A stretch of 64,000 nt of DNA from Oceanispirochaeta sp. (GTDB lineage: Bacteria; Spirochaetota; Spirochaetia; DSM-2461). Positions 27,161 to 35,671 of this stretch are shown here, in pieces. The DNA lies in NCBI GenBank assembly GCA_963666275.2, contig CAXXOA010000002.1, positions 512,001 through 576,000 on the forward strand, in the 5' to 3' direction. The notes under the pieces were generated by a model. That model ran no database searches. It had not been told where the DNA came from and worked only from the letters and a program-made list of their open reading frames with translations. Within the stretch, counting starts at the first letter, position 1, and each line of letters begins with the position of its first letter. The position numbers and the translations under genes are program-made.

Positions 27161-29578
27161 ATGAAGATAAGCTTAGATTGGATTAAAGAATTCACCGATA
27201 TACCATCAGATATAACAGCCCAGGAACTGGGTATGAAATTCACTCTTTCCACCTGTGAGGTTGAGGGAGTGGAAGCGACCAACGAGCATATGGATGCCGT
27301 AACGGTTGCTCAGATCACAGCTATTGAGCCCCATCCCGATGCGGATAAGCTGAACCTTGTCTCTTTTAAGACGGCAGAGGGTGAAAAAAAGGTTGTCTGC
27401 GGCGCTCCCAATGTGGCAGTGGGACTGAAAGTTCCTTTTGCTCCCATAGGAACCACCCTGCCCGGCGGATTCACCCTGGAACCCAAGAAGATCCGGGGTA
27501 TTCTCAGCGAAGGTATGCTCTGTGCTGAAGATGAACTGGGACTGGGAGATGGTCATGAGGGACTTCTCGTCCTTCCCGAGGATGCAGTTATAGGTACAAC
27601 CATGAGTGAACTGATGGGACTGAAAAAGGATGTCCTTCTGGATATCGATAATAAGTCCATTACCCACAGACCCGACCTCTGGGGCCACTACGGTATGGCC
27701 AGAGAGTTTGCCGCGGTTTTTAAAAATCCCCTGAAGAAGCCTTTCAGTGACGAGTGGATGGCAAAAATGCGGGGATATTTCACTTCCGATGCTTCTCCGG
27801 TTACCATCTCGGTTGAAGAGGGCTCTGCCTGTCTGGGATACCTGGGACTGAGCGTCGACAATGTTACTGTCAAGCCGAGCCCCTCCTGGATGCAGCAGCG
27901 TCTGATCGCCTGCGGCCTGCGGCCCATTAATAATATTGTTGATATTTCCAACTATGTGATGCTGGAACTGGGGCAGCCCAACCACCTTTTTGACCGGGAT
28001 ACGATCCGGGGAGGCAGGATCATTGTCAAAGAGATGGGAGAGGAAATCACCTTTACCACTCTGGATGAGATGGAACGAAAGATCCTTCCCGGTGATACCA
28101 TGGTCTGTGATACCGAAGGCCCTTCGGTCATCGGCGGTATTATGGGCGGACTCACAAGCAGTGTGAAAGAGGATACCAGCAGAATCTTCATCGAAGCGGC
28201 GAACTGGATCGATGCCAGGATCCGCCATACATCCACCAGGCTGGGACTGAGAACAGATTCCAGTCAGAGGTATGAGAAATCCCTGGATACCAATCAGCTT
28301 GAAAAAGCAGTTCTCAGGATCCTGGAACTGGTCCTGGAAAGCTGTCCCGAAGCGAAAGTGGTGGGAAAAATTGAATCGGACGGGATTATTCCCACTCCGG
28401 AACTTAAAATCTCTCTGGATTCTGCAAGGGTAAACTCCATTCTGGGGACAAGCCTGAGTGCGGCGGAAATCACAGAGAATCTGGAAGCTCTGGATTTTAT
28501 TGTGGAACCTGCGGGGGATCTGCTGATGGTCACTGTTCCCAGTTTCCGTGCCACCAAGGATGTGGAAGTGGATGCGGACCTCATCGAAGAGGTGGGAAGA
28601 GTCTACGGTTACGACAAACTTGTTCCCCAGGCTCCGCTCAGTGCCGTTTCTGCTGTGAATCTGACTCCGGCTAAAAAAATTCAGAGAAAGGTTCTGGACT
28701 ATATGGTGTACAGAGGACAGGCTCTGGAAGTCTATACCTATCCCATGGTGGGAGAGAAACTTCTGGATCAGGCTATGTGGCCTGTCAGAAATGAGAGCCT
28801 CAAACTGGTGAATGCCATCAGCCCCGAGCATGACAGGATGCGTCCTTCCATGATTCCCAGTCTTATCCAGTCCGCCTCTCTGAACCAGAAAAACTGGAAC
28901 AGTTTCAGAATGTTTGAACTGGGACGCTCCTACAGGGAAGATGAAAAAGAGTTCTCCCGGGAACTCTATCAGCTGGGTGCGGTTTTTTATGACAGAAAAG
29001 GGTCTCCCTTTCTGGATGCGGCTAATGTGATGGAAGGACTTCTCAATTCTCTGAACCTGCCTTTCCGTATCAGCGCATCCTATAACCCGGCCAATTCTCT
29101 GCTTCCTGAAAACTGGGCCGGTCTGCACCCCACGGACTTCCTGGACATTCAGGTAATGGGCAGAAGCTGCGGATTTGTTTCAACCATTCATCCCCTGGTG
29201 TGCCGGAACTTTAAAATCAAGGGGAATCTTGTCATGGCTGTTCTGGACCTCACATCCTTTCAGGATAAGGAGATGAAGGATAAAGCCAAATACAAACCTC
29301 TTTCCCGTTTTCCCTCTTCCACCTTTGACTGTACCGTTGTGGCTGATACCAGAACTCCGGTTGAGGATATTGTCAAAGCTCTGGGCCGCCTGAAAATGAA
29401 GGAACTGGACTGGGTTAAAATAGCCGATGTTTTCACTCTCAGCGAAGAGCAGAAAAGCGTGACTGTAAGAACATCATTTTCCGATCCTGAAAAAACCCTT
29501 TCCGGAGATTTTATTCGTCAGGCGGAAGACAAGGTCGTCTCTACCCTCAGAGATGCGGGATTCCCCCTGAAAATGTAG
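27161..29578 (+). CDS. pheT: Phenylalanine--tRNA ligase beta subunit (bacterial type)
   Basis: HPDADKL/VVCGAPN OB domain, B3/4 (RPINNIVDISNYVMLELGQP), DLIEEVGRVYGYD and a C-terminal anticodon-binding domain; 805 aa. Confidence 0.97.
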   Translation: MKISLDWIKEFTDIPSDITAQELGMKFTLSTCEVEGVEATNEHMDAVTVAQITAIEPHPDADKLNLVSFKTAEGEKKVVCGAPNVAVGLKVPFAPIGTTLPGGFTLEPKKIRGILSEGMLCAEDELGLGDGHEGLLVLPEDAVIGTTMSELMGLKKDVLLDIDNKSITHRPDLWGHYGMAREFAAVFKNPLKKPFSDEWMAKMRGYFTSDASPVTISVEEGSACLGYLGLSVDNVTVKPSPSWMQQRLIACGLRPINNIVDISNYVMLELGQPNHLFDRDTIRGGRIIVKEMGEEITFTTLDEMERKILPGDTMVCDTEGPSVIGGIMGGLTSSVKEDTSRIFIEAANWIDARIRHTSTRLGLRTDSSQRYEKSLDTNQLEKAVLRILELVLESCPEAKVVGKIESDGIIPTPELKISLDSARVNSILGTSLSAAEITENLEALDFIVEPAGDLLMVTVPSFRATKDVEVDADLIEEVGRVYGYDKLVPQAPLSAVSAVNLTPAKKIQRKVLDYMVYRGQALEVYTYPMVGEKLLDQAMWPVRNESLKLVNAISPEHDRMRPSMIPSLIQSASLNQKNWNSFRMFELGRSYREDEKEFSRELYQLGAVFYDRKGSPFLDAANVMEGLLNSLNLPFRISASYNPANSLLPENWAGLHPTDFLDIQVMGRSCGFVSTIHPLVCRNFKIKGNLVMAVLDLTSFQDKEMKDKAKYKPLSRFPSSTFDCTVVADTRTPVEDIVKALGRLKMKELDWVKIADVFTLSEEQKSVTVRTSFSDPEKTLSGDFIRQAEDKVVSTLRDAGFPLKM

Positions 29579-29590
29579 TTGGAACTTCCT

Positions 29591-29635
29591 TCTCATTCCG
29601 GTAGCCTGAGGGCCGCCGGAGTGAGATATTTCTTC
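29591..29635 (+). terminator. Terminator hairpin after pheT
   Basis: TCTCATTCCGG...CCGGAGTGAGA stem followed by TATTTTCTT, between convergent genes. Confidence 0.7.
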
Positions 29636-29637
29636 GT

Positions 29638-30216
29638 CTATTTTTTTGTTTTTGCCTGGATACTGCCGAGCAGAACAAACCCTTCAATATGTATCAGAGG
29701 TCCGGCGGCTTCCGACTGGACCTTGTTTTCAATGGATCCCAGAAGGGGAACTCCTTTGGATGTGACCCTTACTCCGGGGGGAAACTTCATCTCCACACTT
29801 CCCATAAAGGCAAATGCGTGTATCACTGTGGTCCCTCTGGCAAACCGGGCTTCTCTGAAATCCAGAAGCTGGCTGCCCAGTATCGCCGCCACATCCAGTT
29901 TTCGGGGCACATCCCACTCTCCCTTCCTTGTATGACTGCCCAGAATGGTAAAGAAGGAATCATTTTCATTTTCACTGTCACCGGGGCTTTCCCTGTAGAA
30001 AGAGCTTTCCTGTTCAGTCTCCTCCTGCTGGGGAGGAAGATCTGCCACAAGGGATAAAAGGGTTGTTTTGTCATCGCTGCGGTTGAGGATGTCCAGCCGC
30101 TTTTCCAGCTCTTCAATAGAGATATGGTTATGCGCATAGGCCCACTGGAGATGCAGTTTCACCTCTTCTCTCAGTTCTTCGGGACTGATGCTCGCAAATC
30201 TATTCAGAATCGACAT
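29638..30216 (-). CDS. DUF1707 (SHOCT-like) plus LiaF/DUF2154-like protein
   Basis: N-terminal L..AY....I..EE.E.RL...L..DLP; C-terminal ILGS..LDFREA...AFMGSVE...PPGVRV repeats. Confidence 0.75.
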   Translation of the reverse strand: MSILNRFASISPEELREEVKLHLQWAYAHNHISIEELEKRLDILNRSDDKTTLLSLVADLPPQQEETEQESSFYRESPGDSENENDSFFTILGSHTRKGEWDVPRKLDVAAILGSQLLDFREARFARGTTVIHAFAFMGSVEMKFPPGVRVTSKGVPLLGSIENKVQSEAAGPLIHIEGFVLLGSIQAKTKK

Positions 30217-32149
30217 CGCTGCTCCTGTTCGTTTTTTCCACCGGAAATTCCATATGGAACGACAACCCTTCCTCCGGTGTGGTTTCCACTGAGATGTTTC
30301 CTCTCAGTTTCTGGGTTATTATATTATAAACAATGTGGAGGCCCAAACCTGTTCCTCCCTCTGAACGGGCCGTTGTATAAAACGGTTCGAAAATCTTTCC
30401 CGAAAGCTCTTCAGGAATCCCCTGACCGTTATCCCTGTATTTGATTATGATATCATCTGCCTCTCTGTAGCTGACAATACTGATCTTTCCGGAATCCCTG
30501 TTTTTAAATCCGTGTTTCAGCGAGTTCATAATCAGGTTGGAAAAAATCTGTGAGATTGTTCCAGGGTAAGTTGTAATCATGAGATCATCGGGGCAATCTA
30601 TTTCAATCAGGCAGGGTTTCTTTTTCAGCTCGGGATGGAGACTTTTGATGATTTCCTGAAGGTACTGTTTCAGCAGAAAAGTCCGGATGGCTTCATCAGA
30701 CTGATCCACGGCCACCTGCTTGAAGACCTGAATCTGACTGGCTGCCCGTTCCAGGTTGGCTAGGATCATACTGCAGGACTCTCTGGTGCTGTCCATATAG
30801 TTTTTGAACTCTTCCTCAGTCAGCTCCTCCTGATCCATCAGGTTTTTCACTTTACTGGTTTTATCATCCAGATAGGAGGCAGCGGTAACGGCAATCCCCA
30901 GAGGTGTATTGATCTCATGTGCCACCCCGGCCACCAGGCGGCCCAGGGCAGCCATTTTTTCAGACTGGATCAACTGCTGCTGAGTCCCCTCCAGGTCTTT
31001 CAGGTATTTCTGAAGGGTACCCGTCCTGTCTTCCACCTGCCTTTCCAGATTTTCATTCAGCTTTTTAAGCTGATCTTCCATGTTTTTTCTTTCTGTAATA
31101 TCTCTCCCTTCGGGAAGGATAAACCTGACTTTCCCCTGGCTGTCAAAAACAGGACTGACCGAAATATCATAAAAGCGTTTTGTTCCGTCCTGATTGATAT
31201 ACACAGTCTCAAACCGCCTGTTCTCTCCATAGGATGCTTCTTCCAGAATGTCTCTGATCCTTTTTTTTTCATTGCCGGAATTGCTCAACCAGGGGGAGTC
31301 CCAGAAGCTCTGCCCTTTGACTTCCTCCAGTGTACTGCCAATAACATCCAGAGCGATTTTATTGGCCTGCAGAATCCTTCCTTTTCTATCCAGAATTCCC
31401 ACCAGCTGGGTTGTACTTGTAAAGATGGTTTTAAAGAGCTGGGCTGTTTCTCCTTCTTTCTCTCGGAGGAGTTCATACTGTTTTTTCAGGGAAGAAATTT
31501 TATATGTCAGAAATGCGGTAATCCCGAGTATCAGCAGCAGCATCGTATATCCCAGCAGCAGAATCCTGCGGATCTGAAAACTTTTCAGAGAAGAGATTTC
31601 GTCTGGGTAAAAACCGGTTCCGATAATCCAGTCCCAGTCTTCAAAAAGGGTCACATAGGATATCTTTACGGCAATAATTCCGGGGTCATCGTATTTCTGA
31701 TAGGAGTATGTTACATATCCGCTTTTTTCCGCTTCAACAATCGCCCCCATCTCCTTGTAGATTTTTTTTCCTTCGATATCCTCGTACTCTCCGATATACT
31801 GTCCCAGAAGATCTTTCATGTAGGGATGAACAATCATATCCGGTCTTGTCGTCATTACCCAGAAATAGTTTCTCCTGTCCTGCCCGTAGCGAAGGGAGTC
31901 AATCATTTCACTGGCCTGTTCCTGTGCTTTTTCCAGAGAGAGTTCTCCGGAATCCACACGGCTCTGCAAGTTTGTCAGGAGGGATATTATAGTAACAGTC
32001 ATCTGTTCAATCTGATGCTTTCTGTCTTCTATCTGTACGTTTTTAAAATCCGGAATGACAACTATGTGGATGGAATAGAGAAACAGCAGGAGAATGAGAC
32101 TCCCGGAGAGGATAAAATAGTTTTTACTATTCCTGATAATAGACTTCAT
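30200..32149 (-). CDS. Sensor histidine kinase with Cache and PAS domains
   Basis: Two TMs flanking a sCache domain (LRYG..NYFWV...HPY...WDWIIGTG), PAS, H-box VAGVAHEINTPLG, and N/G boxes (NLIMNS, DNGQGI, GGTGLGL). Confidence 0.93.
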   Translation of the reverse strand: MKSIIRNSKNYFILSGSLILLLFLYSIHIVVIPDFKNVQIEDRKHQIEQMTVTIISLLTNLQSRVDSGELSLEKAQEQASEMIDSLRYGQDRRNYFWVMTTRPDMIVHPYMKDLLGQYIGEYEDIEGKKIYKEMGAIVEAEKSGYVTYSYQKYDDPGIIAVKISYVTLFEDWDWIIGTGFYPDEISSLKSFQIRRILLLGYTMLLLILGITAFLTYKISSLKKQYELLREKEGETAQLFKTIFTSTTQLVGILDRKGRILQANKIALDVIGSTLEEVKGQSFWDSPWLSNSGNEKKRIRDILEEASYGENRRFETVYINQDGTKRFYDISVSPVFDSQGKVRFILPEGRDITERKNMEDQLKKLNENLERQVEDRTGTLQKYLKDLEGTQQQLIQSEKMAALGRLVAGVAHEINTPLGIAVTAASYLDDKTSKVKNLMDQEELTEEEFKNYMDSTRESCSMILANLERAASQIQVFKQVAVDQSDEAIRTFLLKQYLQEIIKSLHPELKKKPCLIEIDCPDDLMITTYPGTISQIFSNLIMNSLKHGFKNRDSGKISIVSYREADDIIIKYRDNGQGIPEELSGKIFEPFYTTARSEGGTGLGLHIVYNIITQKLRGNISVETTPEEGLSFHMEFPVEKTNRSSDVDSE

Positions 32150-32201
32150 ATTCTATATTCTCTATCAGGAATCCTTCGGGGTCAATAAAAGGTGGAAAAG
32201 C

Positions 32202-32855
32202 TCAGGCGATACCGAGGGACTTGGCTTCTTCCGTCTGAAGATAGAGTGTTGCGATGGTCTCTTTTTCATCTGTATCAATAGAGAACGCATCTGTCCCGAA
32301 ACCCAGATTCTGCAGAAGCTGTATGATCATCACAAGGCCGAGTCCGGCTCCTTCTGTAGAATCCTCGACCAGCTGGAATGCATCGGGAACAGTCTTGTAC
32401 TCTTTCATAATGTCAAATTTTTTCTGAATCCGGTGCTTTTCCTCGTCTGTCAGGAGCGTGTTGTTCCGGACTCTGATGCGGAGCTTTTCTCCCCTCAGAT
32501 GAAAATCAATTTTAATATACAGTCCGGCTTTTTTCTGCTTAGCCTGGAATTTTTCAATTTTTGTAAAGGTTTCCTGCCGGAATGTTTCCAGGCCTCTGGC
32601 ATACTCCTCGGGAGAGCTTATATCAAGCCCTTTATCCTGAAAGTACACCCGTTTGGTATTGGCGCGGTTGGCATTTCCCGCCAGCTCGTGGAGGCAGTAG
32701 GAAACCTGATTCAGAAGATGGGGCTGTTTGATTTCGTGGAGATATTTTTTTAAAACATTATCGATATAGTTTCTTTCCCGTGAAAGGTATGAGACAGTTT
32801 TAATAGTAAGAACTTTGGATTCACTAATCGCATATTCCACAAGGTTTGTGTTCAT
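32202..32855 (-). CDS. Stand-alone GHKL/HATPase-like protein (RsbW/SiaB-like fold)
   Basis: ELAGNANRAN (N-box-like) and EGAGLGLVMI (G2-box-like); no H-box. Confidence 0.6.
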   Translation of the reverse strand: MNTNLVEYAISESKVLTIKTVSYLSRERNYIDNVLKKYLHEIKQPHLLNQVSYCLHELAGNANRANTKRVYFQDKGLDISSPEEYARGLETFRQETFTKIEKFQAKQKKAGLYIKIDFHLRGEKLRIRVRNNTLLTDEEKHRIQKKFDIMKEYKTVPDAFQLVEDSTEGAGLGLVMIIQLLQNLGFGTDAFSIDTDEKETIATLYLQTEEAKSLGIA

Positions 32856-33005
32856 TTTTGGTTTTTTTCCTGCTGTTATGAGATTTTTTCATATTACCAT
32901 TTCTTAAAGCATTTGCAATTCTTTTTTCTGTGCATCATGTTTTTTTAATGTATTTTTTAAAAACAGAGTCTTTTTATGAAAGAATGATTCATGCAGGGAG
33001 AATAT

Positions 33006-33590
33006 ATGAAATCTAAAATAAAGCTGGAATTTGACCAGATTACCACAAGGGGAGGGGACCATGGAGAAACCTCTTTATATAACGGGGAAAGGCGGCGAAA
33101 GGATGACCTGATATTTGATACTCTGGGTGATCTGGATGAGCTGAACAGCGCTCTGGGGGTTGTCAAAGCGGGAATCAGGCAATTCCCTCCTGTTGCGGCA
33201 GACAGTGAGAAGCTCAAAGTCTGGCTCGCATCCATCAATAGGATTCAGGCCCAGCTGATTCTGTTGAGCGGCATGGTTGCCAATCCCGACAACAGCAGAA
33301 AGATCCGGGACGGGGGAATTGCTGAAAAGGATATTGAAAACCTTGAAAAAGAGCAGAAAAGACTGATGAATGAGGTGTTTTTCCCCAGAGAATTCATTCT
33401 CCCCGGGGATTCCCTTGTCTCCGCCTGGATTGATATGGCCCGGACTATCTGCCGCCGTTGTGAACGGGATGTGGTGCGATGTATCCGGCAGGAAGTGATG
33501 CATCATCTGATTCCCTGCCAGATCTATCTGAACCGCCTGTCTGACTATCTCTTTGTGAGCGGGCGATACTGGGAACAGGTTTCCGGATAG
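33006..33590 (+). CDS. pduO: Cob(I)alamin adenosyltransferase, PduO type
   Basis: ITTRGGDHGETSL, GDLDELNS, FILPG, ARTICRRCER and YLNRLSDYLF motifs. Confidence 0.93.
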   Translation: MKSKIKLEFDQITTRGGDHGETSLYNGERRRKDDLIFDTLGDLDELNSALGVVKAGIRQFPPVAADSEKLKVWLASINRIQAQLILLSGMVANPDNSRKIRDGGIAEKDIENLEKEQKRLMNEVFFPREFILPGDSLVSAWIDMARTICRRCERDVVRCIRQEVMHHLIPCQIYLNRLSDYLFVSGRYWEQVSG

Positions 33591-33591
33591 A

Positions 33592-34314
33592 TCAGCAGTC
33601 TATCCCGGTGAGTATTCCATCAAGAATTTCTCCGCAGATTAGGGCCCCCCGGCTGTTGAGGTGGACACCGTCGATGGTATACACAAGGCCTCTCTCCCGG
33701 GAAGGCTCTTTGTTTCTGTCATTCTCAAGATCCATGGGAGATTGAAAGAGCCAGGTGGAGCCCGGTTGAATCGGTTCCAGTTCGCTGTTGAATCTTTCGC
33801 CCAGGTCGGCCAGATGGACAGGAGAGAGTAAGCTCTCTTCCTTCTGAATCTGACGGATAAGGCTGTTTATCTCGATCTTTTTTTTATGAAGAGGGTGTTC
33901 CAGATTTTCACTGAGCAGGGGGATCGTGAGTAGAATAATCTCCCTGACTCCCGCTCCCCGGGAAAGGGCAACTGCTTTTTTCAGAAGATCCCCGAATTCC
34001 TGCAGACTCTGCGCCGCGAGAATTTTGTGACGCTCCATATTCCGGATAAAAGGCCCCCACTGTTCGGGATGGTTCTCCTCCATGTAGGGGATGAGCAGAT
34101 CATTGGCCCCTCCGTCAAGCAGAAGTATCTCGGGTAGGTTTGTTCTGAGATGGACTTCCAGATTTCTGAGAATTCCGCTCATGGGCATTCCGTTCTGCCC
34201 CCGGTTTATCAGCCGGAACTGTTTTATCTTTTCAGAATGGTTCAGCGGAGACTCTCCGTATTGTCCGGCCAGGAGACTGTCTCCCACGGCAAGCAGTTTT
34301 TTCATAAGTTCCAT
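33592..34314 (-). CDS. SGNH/GDSL hydrolase
   Basis: GDS block I, NRG.NG, GANDL and DGVH motifs. Confidence 0.88.
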   Translation of the reverse strand: MELMKKLLAVGDSLLAGQYGESPLNHSEKIKQFRLINRGQNGMPMSGILRNLEVHLRTNLPEILLLDGGANDLLIPYMEENHPEQWGPFIRNMERHKILAAQSLQEFGDLLKKAVALSRGAGVREIILLTIPLLSENLEHPLHKKKIEINSLIRQIQKEESLLSPVHLADLGERFNSELEPIQPGSTWLFQSPMDLENDRNKEPSRERGLVYTIDGVHLNSRGALICGEILDGILTGIDC

Positions 34315-34420
34315 TCCTCCTCATTACGATTTCATTTTTTATGTTTTCCCATTAGTATGGGAAGATCCGGCGGGTCATTCAAGCATCCGGGTAACCTTTT
34401 ATTTCACAGGAGACCTCTCC

Positions 34421-35659
34421 ATGAAAATCCTGCATACATCCGACTGGCATCTGGGACGTTCCCTTTACGGGAGAAAGCGCTATGAGGAATTCTCAGCATT
34501 TCTGGACTGGCTGGTTGAGACAATCCGGAAAGAACAGATCCATATCCTCCTGGTCGCTGGAGATATTTTTGATACAAGTACTCCCGGAAACCGGGCCCAG
34601 GAGCTTTATTACAGCTTCCTTTCGCAGGTCTCCGGGACCTGCTGCCGGCATATCGTTATTACAGGGGGCAATCATGACTCCCCCTCCTTTCTGGATGCCC
34701 CGAAAGGTCTTCTCAAGGCTATGAATGTCTATGTGACAGGATCCAGGACAGAGGATCCGGGGGATCAGGTTCTTCTCCTGCAGAAGGGGGATGATCCCGA
34801 GCTTATTGTCTGTGCGGTCCCCTACCTGCGCGACCGGGATATCAGAACCGCGTCGCCGGGGGAGACTCTTGATGAGAAAAACAGGAAACTCGTAGAGGGT
34901 GTAAGACAACATTATCAGGATGTCTGCAGGATTGCTCAGGAGCTGCAGTCCCGGCTTTCAGAAGAGGGAAAAGGGCTGATCCCCATCGCAGCAACAGGGC
35001 ATCTGTTTGCCGCCGGAGGGAGAACTCTTGAGGGAGACGGTGTCAGGGAACTCTATGTGGGGTCTCTGGCCCATGTCGGGGTGGATGTCTTTCCCTCCTG
35101 CATTGACTATCTGGCTCTGGGACACCTCCATATTCCCCAGGCTGTGGGAGGTAGGGAGCATATCCGCTATAGCGGCTCTCCCATCGCAATGGGGTTCAAT
35201 GAGGCCTCTCAGCAGAAAAAGGTTGTCCTTATAGATTTTGCCGGTGCCCAGCCGGATATCCGGGAACTTCCGATTCCCTGTTTCCAGCCTCTTGTCAGCC
35301 TTTCGGGGTCTCTGGAGGGTATTCTCTCCTCTCTTGTCTCCCTGAAGATGGAGGGCAGCTCCGCCTGGGTGGAGGTGGAATATACGGGCACAGAGGTGGT
35401 TCCGAATTTACGGGATTTGCTGGAAGAGACCCTGGATGGGGGGGACCTTGAGATTCTGAGGATCAAAAACCGCCGGGTGATGGAGGGTATCATCCGCAGG
35501 GCGTCCCATGAGGAGACACTGGATGATCTGGATGTGAAAGATGTCTTTCAGCGCTGTCTGGACGCCTATGAAGTCCCTGAAGGGGAAAGAGAGGAGCTGG
35601 ATGCCTCCTATAACGAGATAATCCTCTCTCTGCAGGAGGACGACAGGAATGCGGAATAG
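34421..35659 (+). CDS. sbcD: Exonuclease SbcCD subunit D
   Basis: HTSDWHLG, AGDIFD, GNHDS, ALGHLH and YSGSP motifs. Start ATG 34421 with AGGAG RBS. Confidence 0.96.
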   Translation: MKILHTSDWHLGRSLYGRKRYEEFSAFLDWLVETIRKEQIHILLVAGDIFDTSTPGNRAQELYYSFLSQVSGTCCRHIVITGGNHDSPSFLDAPKGLLKAMNVYVTGSRTEDPGDQVLLLQKGDDPELIVCAVPYLRDRDIRTASPGETLDEKNRKLVEGVRQHYQDVCRIAQELQSRLSEEGKGLIPIAATGHLFAAGGRTLEGDGVRELYVGSLAHVGVDVFPSCIDYLALGHLHIPQAVGGREHIRYSGSPIAMGFNEASQQKKVVLIDFAGAQPDIRELPIPCFQPLVSLSGSLEGILSSLVSLKMEGSSAWVEVEYTGTEVVPNLRDLLEETLDGGDLEILRIKNRRVMEGIIRRASHEETLDDLDVKDVFQRCLDAYEVPEGEREELDASYNEIILSLQEDDRNAE

Positions 35660-35671
35660 GGAGAGGCGGAT

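Noticed and set aside
27206..29128. 640-aa antisense ORF
   Set aside because: Lies entirely opposite pheT, has no motifs, and is a typical codon-bias shadow ORF.
30917..32188. 423-aa + strand ORF (likewise 351-1298, 3959-4885, 22110-23210, 26404-27108)
   Set aside because: Antisense shadows of well-supported genes with no recognisable domains.
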